Below are positions 43,435-53,312 of a stretch of 64,000 bases of DNA, piece by piece; position 1 is the first letter of the stretch, and each line of letters opens with the position of its first letter. This stretch comes from a virus, in the IMG/VR virus record IMGVR_UViG_3300046652_000008, positions 1-64,000 of that record; one strand, 5' to 3'. The notes under the pieces are model-generated. The model was not told the DNA's origin and did no database searches. It worked only from the letters and a program-made list of their open reading frames with translations. The translations under genes and the position numbers were made by a program.

Positions 43435-44316
43435 ATGAGACCCACCGAGCACACCGCCGAACAGATAAGATACTGGCGTAGCTTCCACGAACTCTTAGGC
43501 TTTGTAAGAGACGCTAGACCACCAGCAGACGCCACCTGTAGCCACGACCCGGAATTTAATAGCTGGGGAGAAGGCAACTGGTACAATACTAAGGACTTTA
43601 GCGAAGCAGTTAACCTTGCTACGAACGGTTGGGGCGACGGAGCTAAGCGCAGTATGCCCATGGTCAATGCCATCACTGCCAGCGTAGCAGCAAGAGTGGT
43701 AAGAGAAACTGTTATCACACAAGACTATCCAAGCTCACTTGGCTTTAGCGTTCCCGCTCTTTTGTCTGGTACGCCTGATTATTGGTATGCTTTCAATCAG
43801 ATAGCATCAGACAATCGCCAAAGCCCACAGGTTAAACTAAGCATTTCATTATGCCAGTCATGCGGAGTACCCGCTAAAGTGATGGAACTCAAGGGTGCAG
43901 CACTCGCGGCCATCGCTAACGCCCTAGAATTGAGCGGCAAGAGCGTGCAGATTCAAGCGGACTATACCACGACGGGATATGGTGGTGGATACATGAGCGA
44001 TGTATTCATTGTTAAGGAGTACGGCCAGCCCTTAGACTTAACCGCTATCATCTTTGCAATAGGCCACGCCAGCAGCCTAAGACGTATCGGTTTTGCAGCT
44101 TGGGAACAATCCCCGGTTGAGATCAGACATAAAACCGGAGTAGGTAACGGTGCATATGGAAGCCCGACCGACTGTAAAGAGACTGAACGCGGAAGCATTC
44201 ACATCCCGTCCTCATACCTGTATGATGGAGAGGCAGATTGGAACAATCGCGGCAGTGTCGAGAAATGGATAGCCGCCAAGCTGGAATCATGCGGAGTGAT
44301 TCTAGCCCACGAATAA
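43435..44316 (+). CDS. vWA-like partner of the AAA+ ATPase (degenerate MIDAS)
   Basis: Directly downstream of the AAA+ gene; ISLCQSCGV, GAALAA..ALE..G, VKEYGQPLD, HASSLRR. Confidence 0.65.
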   Translation: MRPTEHTAEQIRYWRSFHELLGFVRDARPPADATCSHDPEFNSWGEGNWYNTKDFSEAVNLATNGWGDGAKRSMPMVNAITASVAARVVRETVITQDYPSSLGFSVPALLSGTPDYWYAFNQIASDNRQSPQVKLSISLCQSCGVPAKVMELKGAALAAIANALELSGKSVQIQADYTTTGYGGGYMSDVFIVKEYGQPLDLTAIIFAIGHASSLRRIGFAAWEQSPVEIRHKTGVGNGAYGSPTDCKETERGSIHIPSSYLYDGEADWNNRGSVEKWIAAKLESCGVILAHE

Positions 44317-44386
44317 CAACGAACTCGGAGCGGGATAAGAACCGCTCAACCCAATAACGATTAGAGACACTCAGGAGAGCAAAGCT

Positions 44387-45199
44387 ATGTATAACGCATA
44401 CGTCCAACCCCGGACACCAGAAGAAGAAGCAGCCGCCCAAGCCGCATATAATGCACGCTACGCCGAAGAGCGCAGGGTACTAGCCGCTAAGATCCAGGCC
44501 ACTACCCAGCTTATCGCGGACATTGGAGAAGCCTTGACCGCAGATCCAGACTCCAATGTACCAGTAGTCTATCTTAAAATCCGCGAAGGCAACGAACACG
44601 GGAATAATCTCCCGACGCTGGAAACCCAAGGAGACACCTATGGTCTACACTTCAGCTATGCCCGAACCAAGCCGGAAAAGCTTCACATATCTGGTACTTC
44701 ATGGCCGACCTATACCAACCGACACGGCAACGTCGAAATCATGTTCCCCTATCAGGCAGGAGCCGAATCCCCGACTATCACCGTAACCGAGAGCAGGGGA
44801 GCCGCCAAGATCGCCCAGGAGATCAAACGCCGACTCTTACCAGACCTTATGAAAGCATGGGAGACCTGCAAAGATAAGGTCGACTCGACAAACGCAACCA
44901 ACAGCCAGATGTATGCAACAGCCGCAAGCGTCGCCCAGATTCTAGGCGAGAAGCCGCCATCACGATCTAATAACGGTTATGAAGATGGGGTTATGGTGTA
45001 CGGCAACGCCGCAACTGTTAACGTATGCGGCCAGTACTCCACGTTCACCATCCGAACCACGGACCCCGACCACGCCGCCATTGTGGCACGCCACGCAGCC
45101 GCAGCCCATGCGGAGTATATTGCATTTATGAAAGAGCGCAAAGCCCAGACCGAACTACACAAGGAGACCACACTATGCATAGTGCCGCACGCCTTTTGA
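44387..45199 (+). CDS. Hypothetical protein
   Basis: 270 aa, AGGAG RBS. Confidence 0.75.
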   Translation: MYNAYVQPRTPEEEAAAQAAYNARYAEERRVLAAKIQATTQLIADIGEALTADPDSNVPVVYLKIREGNEHGNNLPTLETQGDTYGLHFSYARTKPEKLHISGTSWPTYTNRHGNVEIMFPYQAGAESPTITVTESRGAAKIAQEIKRRLLPDLMKAWETCKDKVDSTNATNSQMYATAASVAQILGEKPPSRSNNGYEDGVMVYGNAATVNVCGQYSTFTIRTTDPDHAAIVARHAAAAHAEYIAFMKERKAQTELHKETTLCIVPHAF

Positions 45200-45484
45200 T
45201 CCTTTTGACGTCAGCCCTGTTGTCATGGGCTTTCATCTACTTTTGCGTAGGCTTCGGCCTATGCTTCGCGGGAATCTTTATCCCAGGCTTTAACCATTAA
45301 GGAGCACAGTATGCCAATTTTCGCGCCAGCCCTTTTGTATATTTGGACCGCATGGTACTACTACCACGCGCCCCGCGTATGGCCCACCACGCCCCCACCA
45401 CGCCATCACCATGCTATGACGGCAGGAGAGCGCTAGCCCAATCAACAACGACGAGCCGGGAGACCACCGAAGGAGTAAACGATT

Positions 45485-46231
45485 ATGGCATATACAAAAT
45501 TCACGAGCATTGCCCATTCCGTAAAGTTTGGGTACGCATACGACACGGGCTATCACAACCAATCCCCAATCAATGATCATTTTCGCATGTTCGAGACGTA
45601 TGGAGATGGACTCTGCCAGCATTCCGGCGATTGGGGAGTTGACCATGAGTTTCTTGCAGACTACCTGCTATCACTCGCCCAGGCCATGCTTGCGGACCCC
45701 GAGCTTTTGGAGACTGTCCGGTATCAATTCGACAGACCCGAGCGCAGCAAGATTGAATTCGCGGCCAGCATCATATTCAAAGCCGATCCAGACTATAGCT
45801 GGAGAGAGAAGAAGACCCGCTATTTCTCCATGCAAGAGCGGAAGATTAGCACAGCCCCCGGCAAGGAATACGATAAACGCTATGAGAAGGTAACAGACAT
45901 CCACACCGGCAAGCCACTTGCGATCTATAATCTGGTATTGAGTGGCTACTCAAACGGACTCGAAAAGCTACAAGCCGCCATCGCAATATATGATTGGGTC
46001 TGTGAGGATGGATCGCATGGATGGATGGAACGCCCTGCCCAGTTTTGCGGATTCACCAAGAGCACCGCCGACGCTTGCGCTATCGAGAACGCATACGAGA
46101 CTTGCGAATGGATCTTGAAGGCCGCATTCTTGAATGACCGCGCCAATTCAACCATTAAACGAGCCGTAGAAAACGCCAAGCCGCCATGCTGTGAGATCAT
46201 CCCCGACGACACCCAGGAGGCTACCGCATGA
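45485..46231 (+). CDS. Hypothetical protein
   Basis: 248 aa, AAGGAG RBS. Confidence 0.75.
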   Translation: MAYTKFTSIAHSVKFGYAYDTGYHNQSPINDHFRMFETYGDGLCQHSGDWGVDHEFLADYLLSLAQAMLADPELLETVRYQFDRPERSKIEFAASIIFKADPDYSWREKKTRYFSMQERKISTAPGKEYDKRYEKVTDIHTGKPLAIYNLVLSGYSNGLEKLQAAIAIYDWVCEDGSHGWMERPAQFCGFTKSTADACAIENAYETCEWILKAAFLNDRANSTIKRAVENAKPPCCEIIPDDTQEATA

Positions 46232-46440
46232 GCGGGAAGCAACCCACCACGACGATACCGACAGAACTCCTTATGGCGCTTGTCAAATTGTTAGACATCG
46301 CCCCACCTATCCTGCTAGACTGGATTCAGACCACGGGATACGGCGAGATCCACGATAGGGACTTGTCGGCCCTATTCGACTTTCAACGCGCCATAGACTT
46401 ACACCATGAGTTTATGAAAGAGAACGGAGTACAGGCATGA
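46228..46440 (+). CDS. Hypothetical protein
   Basis: ATGA overlap, GGAGG RBS. Confidence 0.65.
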   Translation: MSGKQPTTTIPTELLMALVKLLDIAPPILLDWIQTTGYGEIHDRDLSALFDFQRAIDLHHEFMKENGVQA

Positions 46441-46865
46441 AGCGCACCATGTTCGATAACCTTTTGGAACTCGCAGTGGAATGCCGAAAGATCGCGGCCC
46501 TATGGGTCCGTTACTCTCGCTACGCTACAGATACGGGAGTAATCGCAGACATCCAGAACGCACTACGCCAAGGCGCTTTTGTGACCCTGCGCCAGTCTAT
46601 CGACGGCAGCATGAACCAAGAAAAGCTATGTAACGCTGGAAGTGGGCATAGACATTGGCGCAATAGGCCCGTGTTAGCAGCAAGGACAAAGAAGGGACGA
46701 GCCCAGGTTAGGATAAACCTTAGCGATGGTATGCCAGCCCCCTCATGGGTTCACGTATATGACCGAGACGTTATAACCATTAGCGAGAAGCCGCTAACCA
46801 CGCCAGCGGACTACACGCCAGCAGAGCAGACCGCAGCCATGAACCGCGTTAAGGTAGTACTATAA
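46437..46865 (+). CDS. Hypothetical protein
   Basis: ATGA overlap. Confidence 0.65.
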   Translation: MKRTMFDNLLELAVECRKIAALWVRYSRYATDTGVIADIQNALRQGAFVTLRQSIDGSMNQEKLCNAGSGHRHWRNRPVLAARTKKGRAQVRINLSDGMPAPSWVHVYDRDVITISEKPLTTPADYTPAEQTAAMNRVKVVL

Positions 46866-46884
46866 GGAAAAGGAGCAATCAACC

Positions 46885-47163
46885 ATGATGACACGAAAAG
46901 GACCGCAATACACACCCGAACGGGACGCAGCTACCGAAGCCGCAACTATCACATATGCTGAAAAACACGCCACGGCAACGGCGGAATACATTAAGGCATG
47001 TGCAGCCGTTTACCCCGAAGACGCTAAAGGAGATGTCCTGCCACCAGGAGAAGTTATTTGGCGAGGTTGGGCATTCTCTGGATTCGTTAAGACTGAATTC
47101 GATAGCGCCAGTTACGAGAAGATCAAAGCCGCCTTCGTAGCAGCCTACGATGCCGCTATATGA
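46885..47163 (+). CDS. Hypothetical protein
   Basis: AAGGAG RBS. Confidence 0.65.
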   Translation: MMTRKGPQYTPERDAATEAATITYAEKHATATAEYIKACAAVYPEDAKGDVLPPGEVIWRGWAFSGFVKTEFDSASYEKIKAAFVAAYDAAI

Positions 47164-47284
47164 TTAAGGCGATTCTGCATCTCGCTTTGATCCTATGTGC
47201 CTTTTTGTGCGCCATCCCATTCATTATCATCGGCGCTATTGCATGTGCCGTACTACCAGCACCGCAAGATATAGGAGACTAACA

Positions 47285-47566
47285 ATGCAAGACGACTTCG
47301 CTAAGATGGCAGGGTCTACGTTCAAGCTGGCGATTTTGGGAGTTGTGGCCGACGTTGTACTGGGCAGCCTTGCGCTCTGGTATACGCTCGCCCATGTGCT
47401 CACGCCCTATCTGAGCCAACAGGGAACCAGCTTCACCGCGCCGTACCTGCTTTGCCTTTCGGCCTACACGTCAATCCGTATTAGCTTGCGTATTCCCATC
47501 TTCGCAGTATGTACGCTTGCCGCCACTATCACTTTTCTCTTGACTCACGTAGTCAATGGGTTATAA
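47285..47566 (+). CDS. Membrane protein
   Basis: AGGAG RBS; two to three hydrophobic helices. Confidence 0.6.
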   Translation: MQDDFAKMAGSTFKLAILGVVADVVLGSLALWYTLAHVLTPYLSQQGTSFTAPYLLCLSAYTSIRISLRIPIFAVCTLAATITFLLTHVVNGL

Positions 47567-47583
47567 TCATTAACAGATACGAG

Positions 47584-48156
47584 ATGCCGAGCGAAGCACG
47601 GCAGAGGAGCGAGGCGACTATGGCGAATAAAGGATTGATGCCCGGATTGAAGATGACACTGAACGAACTGGAAAAGCACCCCATCTCCCCAGACCAGCAT
47701 GATTATTACAATTACGCAGTAGCGAAAACACACGTGATTCTGGATGCCGCAGGGGTAAACGACACGGATCTTCCGGCAGGAATCCCCCTAGAGGCCCAGG
47801 TCTTATTTGCCGGGTTTATGTCTGGTTTGACGTTCGCAACGCAGATGTTCAAGACGCCAGAGCTTGCTTCTGCAACTGCTGAGTCATTCCAAACAAACCC
47901 GATGATTTTTGTTTCCAACATGGCCGACGTTTTGGCAAAGGCCATTCAACAGAGATACAACGGAGAGCGTCAGCCGCAACTTGTTGTGCTGCCTAAGGAT
48001 CTTTTTGACACAATGCAAGCCCTAGGGTTCAGCCCGGCAGACTTTGGATGTGAGTCGGAGCCGAAAGGGAAGGCCCAAGCCGCACCGCAAAAAACCCCCA
48101 CGCTTGACGACTTGGAAAAGCTTTTCAGCCTGAAAGATGACAGACCCAAGAACTAA
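47584..48156 (+). CDS. Hypothetical protein
   Basis: Long ORF; start uncertain. Confidence 0.65.
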   Translation: MPSEARQRSEATMANKGLMPGLKMTLNELEKHPISPDQHDYYNYAVAKTHVILDAAGVNDTDLPAGIPLEAQVLFAGFMSGLTFATQMFKTPELASATAESFQTNPMIFVSNMADVLAKAIQQRYNGERQPQLVVLPKDLFDTMQALGFSPADFGCESEPKGKAQAAPQKTPTLDDLEKLFSLKDDRPKN

Positions 48157-48170
48157 GGAGATGCCCAACC

Positions 48171-48542
48171 ATGAAAAATGATAAATTACCGATGCCCATC
48201 ATGTTCCAAGAGCTTTTAGATAAAACCCCGCAGACCATTTACGCTGAAGGCGCAGAGGAGGACCTGAAGGTGTTTAACGCTGGAGTGGCGACCTACGGCG
48301 AGGCTCTAGCTTGTATCGAGCAGGGATACGCGCATGGCCCGCTCTCGGATCGCGATAGGGAACTTGTGGCGGCTGGAGCAGTTGCCGCGATTGGGGCCTT
48401 GGTCACCATCTTGTCAATTGATCTGGCTACTCTTTTGGTGGTCACCACTGACCCCGGCTTAGTTCTCGCTGCCCATGCTACGATGGTCGCGCACGCCATC
48501 AACGAGTACGGCCAGCCGAAGTCTAACGGCACAGTTAACTAG
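48171..48542 (+). CDS. Hypothetical protein
   Basis: AAGGAG RBS. Confidence 0.65.
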   Translation: MKNDKLPMPIMFQELLDKTPQTIYAEGAEEDLKVFNAGVATYGEALACIEQGYAHGPLSDRDRELVAAGAVAAIGALVTILSIDLATLLVVTTDPGLVLAAHATMVAHAINEYGQPKSNGTVN

Positions 48543-48581
48543 ACAGTCGAGGGAGGCGAGATGGGCAACGCCTCTCACCGT

Positions 48582-48729
48582 AAATGTATTTTCTTGAGCC
48601 GATTTGTATGTTGCCGATCCGACAGCAGGGTATAAGTCCGAGCGCAGCCCCGGTACGGCAAAGTAGCTTCTAAACTACGGAGATAGACGTATCTCCTGCG
48701 TATAAAGTCGGCTCACGAAAATACATTTT
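48582..48729 (+). ncRNA. Candidate structured RNA closed by a ~24-bp stem
   Basis: AAATGTATTTTC-T-TGAGCCGATTT pairs with AAAGTCGGCTCA-C-GAAAATACATTT; inner helices TGCCG/CGGCA, GTAG/CTAC, GGAGATA/TATCTCC. Confidence 0.6.
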
Positions 48730-48742
48730 AGGAGGATGCGAA

Positions 48743-48988
48743 ATGAACGCTTTTGAGAGATTCGCGGCGTTTTGCGAGACGCGCAGCGCGGATTGCCCAC
48801 CGACCCTAACTATATTCCCGAAGTACCATAGCGATGGACAGTTTACGGTAGTGATTAACGCTGATAACCAGCCAGGAGTAGCAGGAACCTTTCCCGATAC
48901 GGCAGGATTTGACGCGAAGGTAAAACAGATTTGCGATAGGTTAGACGCAGACAAAGCATGGCGAGGAGGCGTTAAGCCGGAAGTTTAG
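48743..48988 (+). CDS. Hypothetical protein
   Basis: AGGAGG RBS. Confidence 0.65.
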   Translation: MNAFERFAAFCETRSADCPPTLTIFPKYHSDGQFTVVINADNQPGVAGTFPDTAGFDAKVKQICDRLDADKAWRGGVKPEV

Positions 48989-49154
48989 CTTGTCTAACTT
49001 CTAGACGCATGGCCCGGTCTATTTGTTTGACAACCGATTCTAACACGGTGATTCTTGCCTCTGCTTTCGATAGCCTAGTACGAACGTCAACTACTTGTCT
49101 TTTCTTTACTTTGTCTTGCGTGTCTGTATTCATGTCTAACACTTTGATGTCCAT
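48972..49154 (-). CDS. Small coiled-coil protein, lone counter-oriented gene
   Basis: Own extended -10 (CGTGCTAATAT, 49161-49171) and GGAG before the ATG. Confidence 0.55.
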   Translation of the reverse strand: MDIKVLDMNTDTQDKVKKRQVVDVRTRLSKAEARITVLESVVKQIDRAMRLEVRQAKLPA

Positions 49155-49348
49155 AACTCCATATTAGCACGAAAACACTAGCCGCGCAAGATACGAAACA
49201 AAGGAGAATATATGCAACACTATTGCGCTTTAATGAAGCTCACAATTGAAGCCCTTTTCCTCACCGCAATTGGCGTCTTTTTGGTTGGCGCGATATGTGG
49301 TATGATCTACGCCATCCACCGGATGATTGTCAATGGGGAATGGGCGCG

Positions 49349-49912
49349 ATGACACAGACTCCCGACACTATCCGCGTGCTGGTAGACTGGAAGTGTAACT
49401 TGAAGTGTAGCTACTGCTGCAACGAGCAAGACCGATTCCGCTCCCAGTTTACCCACATCCAGCTATCCGCCATTGACTTTTCCAGGTACGAGACGACATG
49501 CATATCTGGAGGAGAGCCGCTAATGTTCATGAATCGTGTGGTTGCTGTATCAGAACGCGCTAGGCTAGCCAAGTCTTTCGTCGTCCTGTACACTAATGGG
49601 ATTCTGCTAACTCCAGCCATCGCAGACATGCTGATGATGTGCGGCATCCAGGCTGTAAACGTAGGGTTGCATTACGCCGCTATGTTCCCCGTCCTGATAC
49701 CGAGGATCACCGAGGCGCTAGTCGATACGGGCATCAGCCTAAGATTCCACGCAAACGAGGAGTACTCAGCCATCCAGCAAGCCCACCCCGATAACGCATT
49801 TAGACTCTGGAAAATGGATGATTGCGACCGGGAGAACGAAGAACGGGTTATACTGGACTGGAAGGAAAACCAGCAACAGTCGAGCAAGAGCCGATGGAAA
49901 TCAGACATATAG
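49349..49912 (+). CDS. Radical SAM protein
   Basis: CNLKCSYC, ISGGEP, LYTNG. Confidence 0.85.
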   Translation: MTQTPDTIRVLVDWKCNLKCSYCCNEQDRFRSQFTHIQLSAIDFSRYETTCISGGEPLMFMNRVVAVSERARLAKSFVVLYTNGILLTPAIADMLMMCGIQAVNVGLHYAAMFPVLIPRITEALVDTGISLRFHANEEYSAIQQAHPDNAFRLWKMDDCDRENEERVILDWKENQQQSSKSRWKSDI

Positions 49913-49920
49913 GGGGCTTT

Positions 49921-50352
49921 ATGAATCTTAAACAAGTGAAAGGTCTGATGCAACTGGAGATTGAAAACTCTAGGAAGATGCAGTACGGGTTTGACGATAG
50001 AAGCGCAGGATATGCCGATGGGCTTGAGGCGACACTTGAGCACGTATTGGAGTTGCTCAATACCATTGACGAATGCGTTATCATCACCAAGAAGGAAGCC
50101 AAGCTCATTGCCGCTCTGCTGGAAATGGCTCACGACCAATTTGCGAACCACGGTTGCAACGACACGCCCCAAGAGGTTTTGGATGCTCCAGGTTTTACCG
50201 ACGAAGAGAAGTGTACCTTCCACAACGAGTACGAGATATACAACTCAGGCGACTCCGAGGAGATACCGCACACCGTAGAAGAATATAACCGCTTGCCGGA
50301 TTACGCCCTCATGGGATATTTCGCAGCCAAACTGGAGGGAGAGAGCCGATGA
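49921..50352 (+). CDS. Hypothetical protein
   Basis: LLEMAHDQFANHGCND motif; GGGGG RBS. Confidence 0.65.
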   Translation: MNLKQVKGLMQLEIENSRKMQYGFDDRSAGYADGLEATLEHVLELLNTIDECVIITKKEAKLIAALLEMAHDQFANHGCNDTPQEVLDAPGFTDEEKCTFHNEYEIYNSGDSEEIPHTVEEYNRLPDYALMGYFAAKLEGESR

Positions 50353-50804
50353 GAACTTTAATCATTATGAGAGGCATCCCCGGAAGCGGAAAGACCACCC
50401 ACGCGCGCAGTCTGCAAAAATGGCAGTGGAGCGAGGGGAAGAGTTGCACCCTTTCTAGCGCAGATTTCTTTTTTGAAGCTTACGGCGATCACGTCTACAG
50501 ATTTGACGCTTCGAAGCTGAAGTATGCCCATGCGGAGTGCATTAACGACTTCGCCGGGCTCGTGCTTGACCCAAGCGTAGATACAATTATCGTGGACAAT
50601 ACGAATACCCAGCTCTGGGAGTTTGTCAAATACTTGGACTACGCCCATAAGCATGGCAAGTTTCACGTTGACGTGTTTCGCATGGAGGCTCCACTTGACG
50701 TATGCCAGAAGCGATGTGTCCACGGAGTACCGCCCGACAAGATTCAGCAGATGCGGGACCGCTTTGAAGACTTTCCCGGAGAAGAAATAATAAATAATAT
50801 GTGA
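50349..50804 (+). CDS. AAA_33 / polynucleotide-kinase-like P-loop protein
   Basis: LIIMRGIPGSGKTT, SADFFF, IIVDNTN, R..HGVP....QMRDRFE. Confidence 0.85.
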   Translation: MRTLIIMRGIPGSGKTTHARSLQKWQWSEGKSCTLSSADFFFEAYGDHVYRFDASKLKYAHAECINDFAGLVLDPSVDTIIVDNTNTQLWEFVKYLDYAHKHGKFHVDVFRMEAPLDVCQKRCVHGVPPDKIQQMRDRFEDFPGEEIINNM

Positions 50805-51064
50805 AGGAGAAAAACATGGTGACTTTCAGCGTTACGGTAAGAGATCCAAATTCGTGGAACGCCCGAACCGGGATTCACGAGGAACGTAACAGTTGTGGGC
50901 ATAGGCACAAAACCAGCGAAGCTGCCAATAAGTGCTGTGCCAAGCTAACCGAGTGGCGTTGCCTTTGCGGTCGCACGGCCAAGGGCTATTGTGGAAGCTG
51001 CCACACGCCCAACAACAGCACTAGCGCGGCATGGTGGGGCGCGGAAGTTGAAGAGAATATTTAA
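50801..51064 (+). CDS. Cys/His-rich hypothetical protein
   Basis: CGHRHKT..AA..C; CLCG, CGSC. Confidence 0.6.
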   Translation: MKEKNMVTFSVTVRDPNSWNARTGIHEERNSCGHRHKTSEAANKCCAKLTEWRCLCGRTAKGYCGSCHTPNNSTSAAWWGAEVEENI

Positions 51065-51075
51065 TCATTATTCTC

Positions 51076-51104
51076 TTGCTTTCGTGAGAGAATGCGAGTA
51101 ACCT
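51076..51104 (+). promoter_or_regulatory. Sigma70-type promoter upstream of the parB-like gene
   Basis: TTGCTT-17 bp-TAACCT. Confidence 0.45.
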
Positions 51105-51153
51105 ATTAACAGATCGAGACGAGAAGAACGAACGCAACGAAGGAGTGTGAGAA

Positions 51154-52218
51154 ATGGCATCAACATTCGATATGGAAACGAAGCCCGTTAAGCGAGACCT
51201 TTGGCTCTTTGACGTTAACGAAAACGATGTGATCGTGGATCACTCATTTAACGGACGTTTTCAACAGCGCGACGTGACCGCCCTTGTGGATTCGATTCGC
51301 ACAGAAGGCCAGAAGGTTCCCGGCTTAGTGCGCCGCGCCCCAGGGGGCAAGGTGTTTTTGGTGGCTGGTTTTGGACGGTGGGACGCGATCAAGAAGCTGA
51401 ACGCAGAGAACCCCAAGAACCCCATCAAGTTCAAGGCCACCATTGTCGAAGGCAACGACACGGACGCATTTCTCTCAAACGTCACAGAAAACTTCGTGCG
51501 GGATAACCCGACCTACATGGACAAGGCTTTTGTGGTATCTCGCCTGACGGACCAATACGGAAAGGGCGATGCCGAGATTGCCAAGATCCTTAACTTCAAG
51601 TCGGTGTCTAGCGTCAGCCAATATCGCGCCCTGATGCGCCTGTCGGATGAGAACCGCCTAAAGCTCCACAGCGGAGAACTCCAGCTTTCCAATGCGCTTT
51701 TGCTGGTCGGGCAGACCGAAGAGGAGCAGAAGGAAGCCGTACAAGCCGCCACAACACCAGAAGGTAAGGTCGATTCTGCCAAAGTGCGCGAGAAGGTGCG
51801 GGAAATCCGAGAGCGCAAGGCCACGCCCAAGGTGGAAGCGCCCAAGACCGACGATGAGCGAGTTGACGAAGCTATTGCCAAGGGAGAAGTACCGCCCAAG
51901 GGCACAGGCCAGAGTGAGCCGAGCTATCGCCGGGAAGTCCTCAACATGCTCAACGACGGGGAAGAAGAGGCCGCTATTGCCAAAGCAATCAAGGCCGAGC
52001 CGACCAAGAAGACTAAGGGAGAGAAGGCGCTTGAGCGGACGATGCGCGACGTGAAGCGCTTCCATGAGAATCTGTCAAATACTAACCGTGGTGTATTTTT
52101 GTTCGCCTCCGCGCTTACTCGCTACATTTCAGGCGAGTTGTCGGACGAACAGTATTACTCGGCGCTGGAGTTGGCCGCGAACGCGAATGCAACCAAGGCG
52201 AAGAAGGTTGGCGTATAA
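51154..52218 (+). CDS. ParB/Srx-domain protein with HTH
   Basis: LVDSIRTEGQKVP, LVAGFGR, ENFVR, EIAKIL..SVSSVSQY. Confidence 0.8.
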   Translation: MASTFDMETKPVKRDLWLFDVNENDVIVDHSFNGRFQQRDVTALVDSIRTEGQKVPGLVRRAPGGKVFLVAGFGRWDAIKKLNAENPKNPIKFKATIVEGNDTDAFLSNVTENFVRDNPTYMDKAFVVSRLTDQYGKGDAEIAKILNFKSVSSVSQYRALMRLSDENRLKLHSGELQLSNALLLVGQTEEEQKEAVQAATTPEGKVDSAKVREKVREIRERKATPKVEAPKTDDERVDEAIAKGEVPPKGTGQSEPSYRREVLNMLNDGEEEAAIAKAIKAEPTKKTKGEKALERTMRDVKRFHENLSNTNRGVFLFASALTRYISGELSDEQYYSALELAANANATKAKKVGV

Positions 52219-52320
52219 TCATTCATGAGCTTTCGTAGAGGAGAAGCCCCAATACGCGTATCAATTTTGGGGATATCTGACTACGGCGGCACCGCTACTG
52301 ACTGACGGCGCTACTGGCAA

Positions 52321-52557
52321 GTGAGCGAGATCGCCTGCCTTCATCTCCAAGGAGGCCCCGTGCGAGACAGGAAGAAATTCTACATTTACAAGTCCTACCT
52401 GGGCCAATGGTACGGTGGATGGTGTGTCATACTCCCCGATTCCCTTTGGGGGGAAATCGGGAATACCCATTGGTGCGCCACTTGGCGCGAGGCTATCCGG
52501 TTTGTAGATGACCTCATTAGGAGACGAAAGAACCAGCTTAGGGGAGAAACAATATGA
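52321..52557 (+). CDS. Hypothetical protein
   Basis: ORF; true start probably the internal GTG after AGGAGG. Confidence 0.5.
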   Translation: MSEIACLHLQGGPVRDRKKFYIYKSYLGQWYGGWCVILPDSLWGEIGNTHWCATWREAIRFVDDLIRRRKNQLRGETI

Positions 52558-52726
52558 TTATTTTTCAATGGTATTTTTTGGTTACGGAACTGATTACGAT
52601 ATTGATTTACGTAGCCAACCTATTAACCGCTGAGAAGCCCAGCGATGTTGGGAGTAACCTTGTTTACCTGCTGTTAGCTGGCGCGCAACTTGGATTTTTC
52701 TGTTATCTTTACTGGAGGTAGACCGC

Positions 52727-53056
52727 ATGAAACATCGCGTAATATACACATTTACGGTAGTAGGTGGAGATCCTAGAAAAGATCGGATGCGCTCTCGCGT
52801 ATGGGGCTACACGTTCGATAGGGGCCAAGCCGAGCACATCATCGAGACAAATAGTACAGACCTAGCCGAAAATGGGTATTACGGCTATGCTGTTCTTGGT
52901 GAAGTTGGAGAAGGACCGGGTGCAATCCCAACCGAACTACAATGGTATAGGATGAGCTTTTGGGAGAGAACGAGCGGGACATTCCGCACTTTCCTTGGCG
53001 CTGAAAAAATCAGCAAGCCAGACATTTACAAAAAAGTCTTTTTTGGAGGTATCTAG
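52727..53056 (+). CDS. Hypothetical protein
   Basis: GGAGG RBS; RVWGY, DLAENGYYGYAV. Confidence 0.65.
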   Translation: MKHRVIYTFTVVGGDPRKDRMRSRVWGYTFDRGQAEHIIETNSTDLAENGYYGYAVLGEVGEGPGAIPTELQWYRMSFWERTSGTFRTFLGAEKISKPDIYKKVFFGGI

Positions 53057-53057
53057 T

Positions 53058-53276
53058 ATGGCATGTAAGATTCACGGTTGCAGCGAGACGAACATGAGGC
53101 GGCGCGAAGTGGTGTGTTTTAAGCACTGGGCCAAACTGCCCAAGGAGCTTAGGTCTATCATCCGCGAAGGCGCAGGGCATGACCAGACGCTCCGCGCCAA
53201 GCCTAGCGATGAATGGCTTCGCAAGGCCAATGAAGCGGTAAGGCCGAGAACGCAGGTTCAGGTTAATCCCGAGTAG
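53058..53276 (+). CDS. Small zinc-binding protein
   Basis: CKIHGC...CFKHWAKLP. Confidence 0.65.
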   Translation: MACKIHGCSETNMRRREVVCFKHWAKLPKELRSIIREGAGHDQTLRAKPSDEWLRKANEAVRPRTQVQVNPE

Positions 53277-53312
53277 GAGAGCGTTGCCGAGAAACATAGG
53301 ACGTGGTGATAT

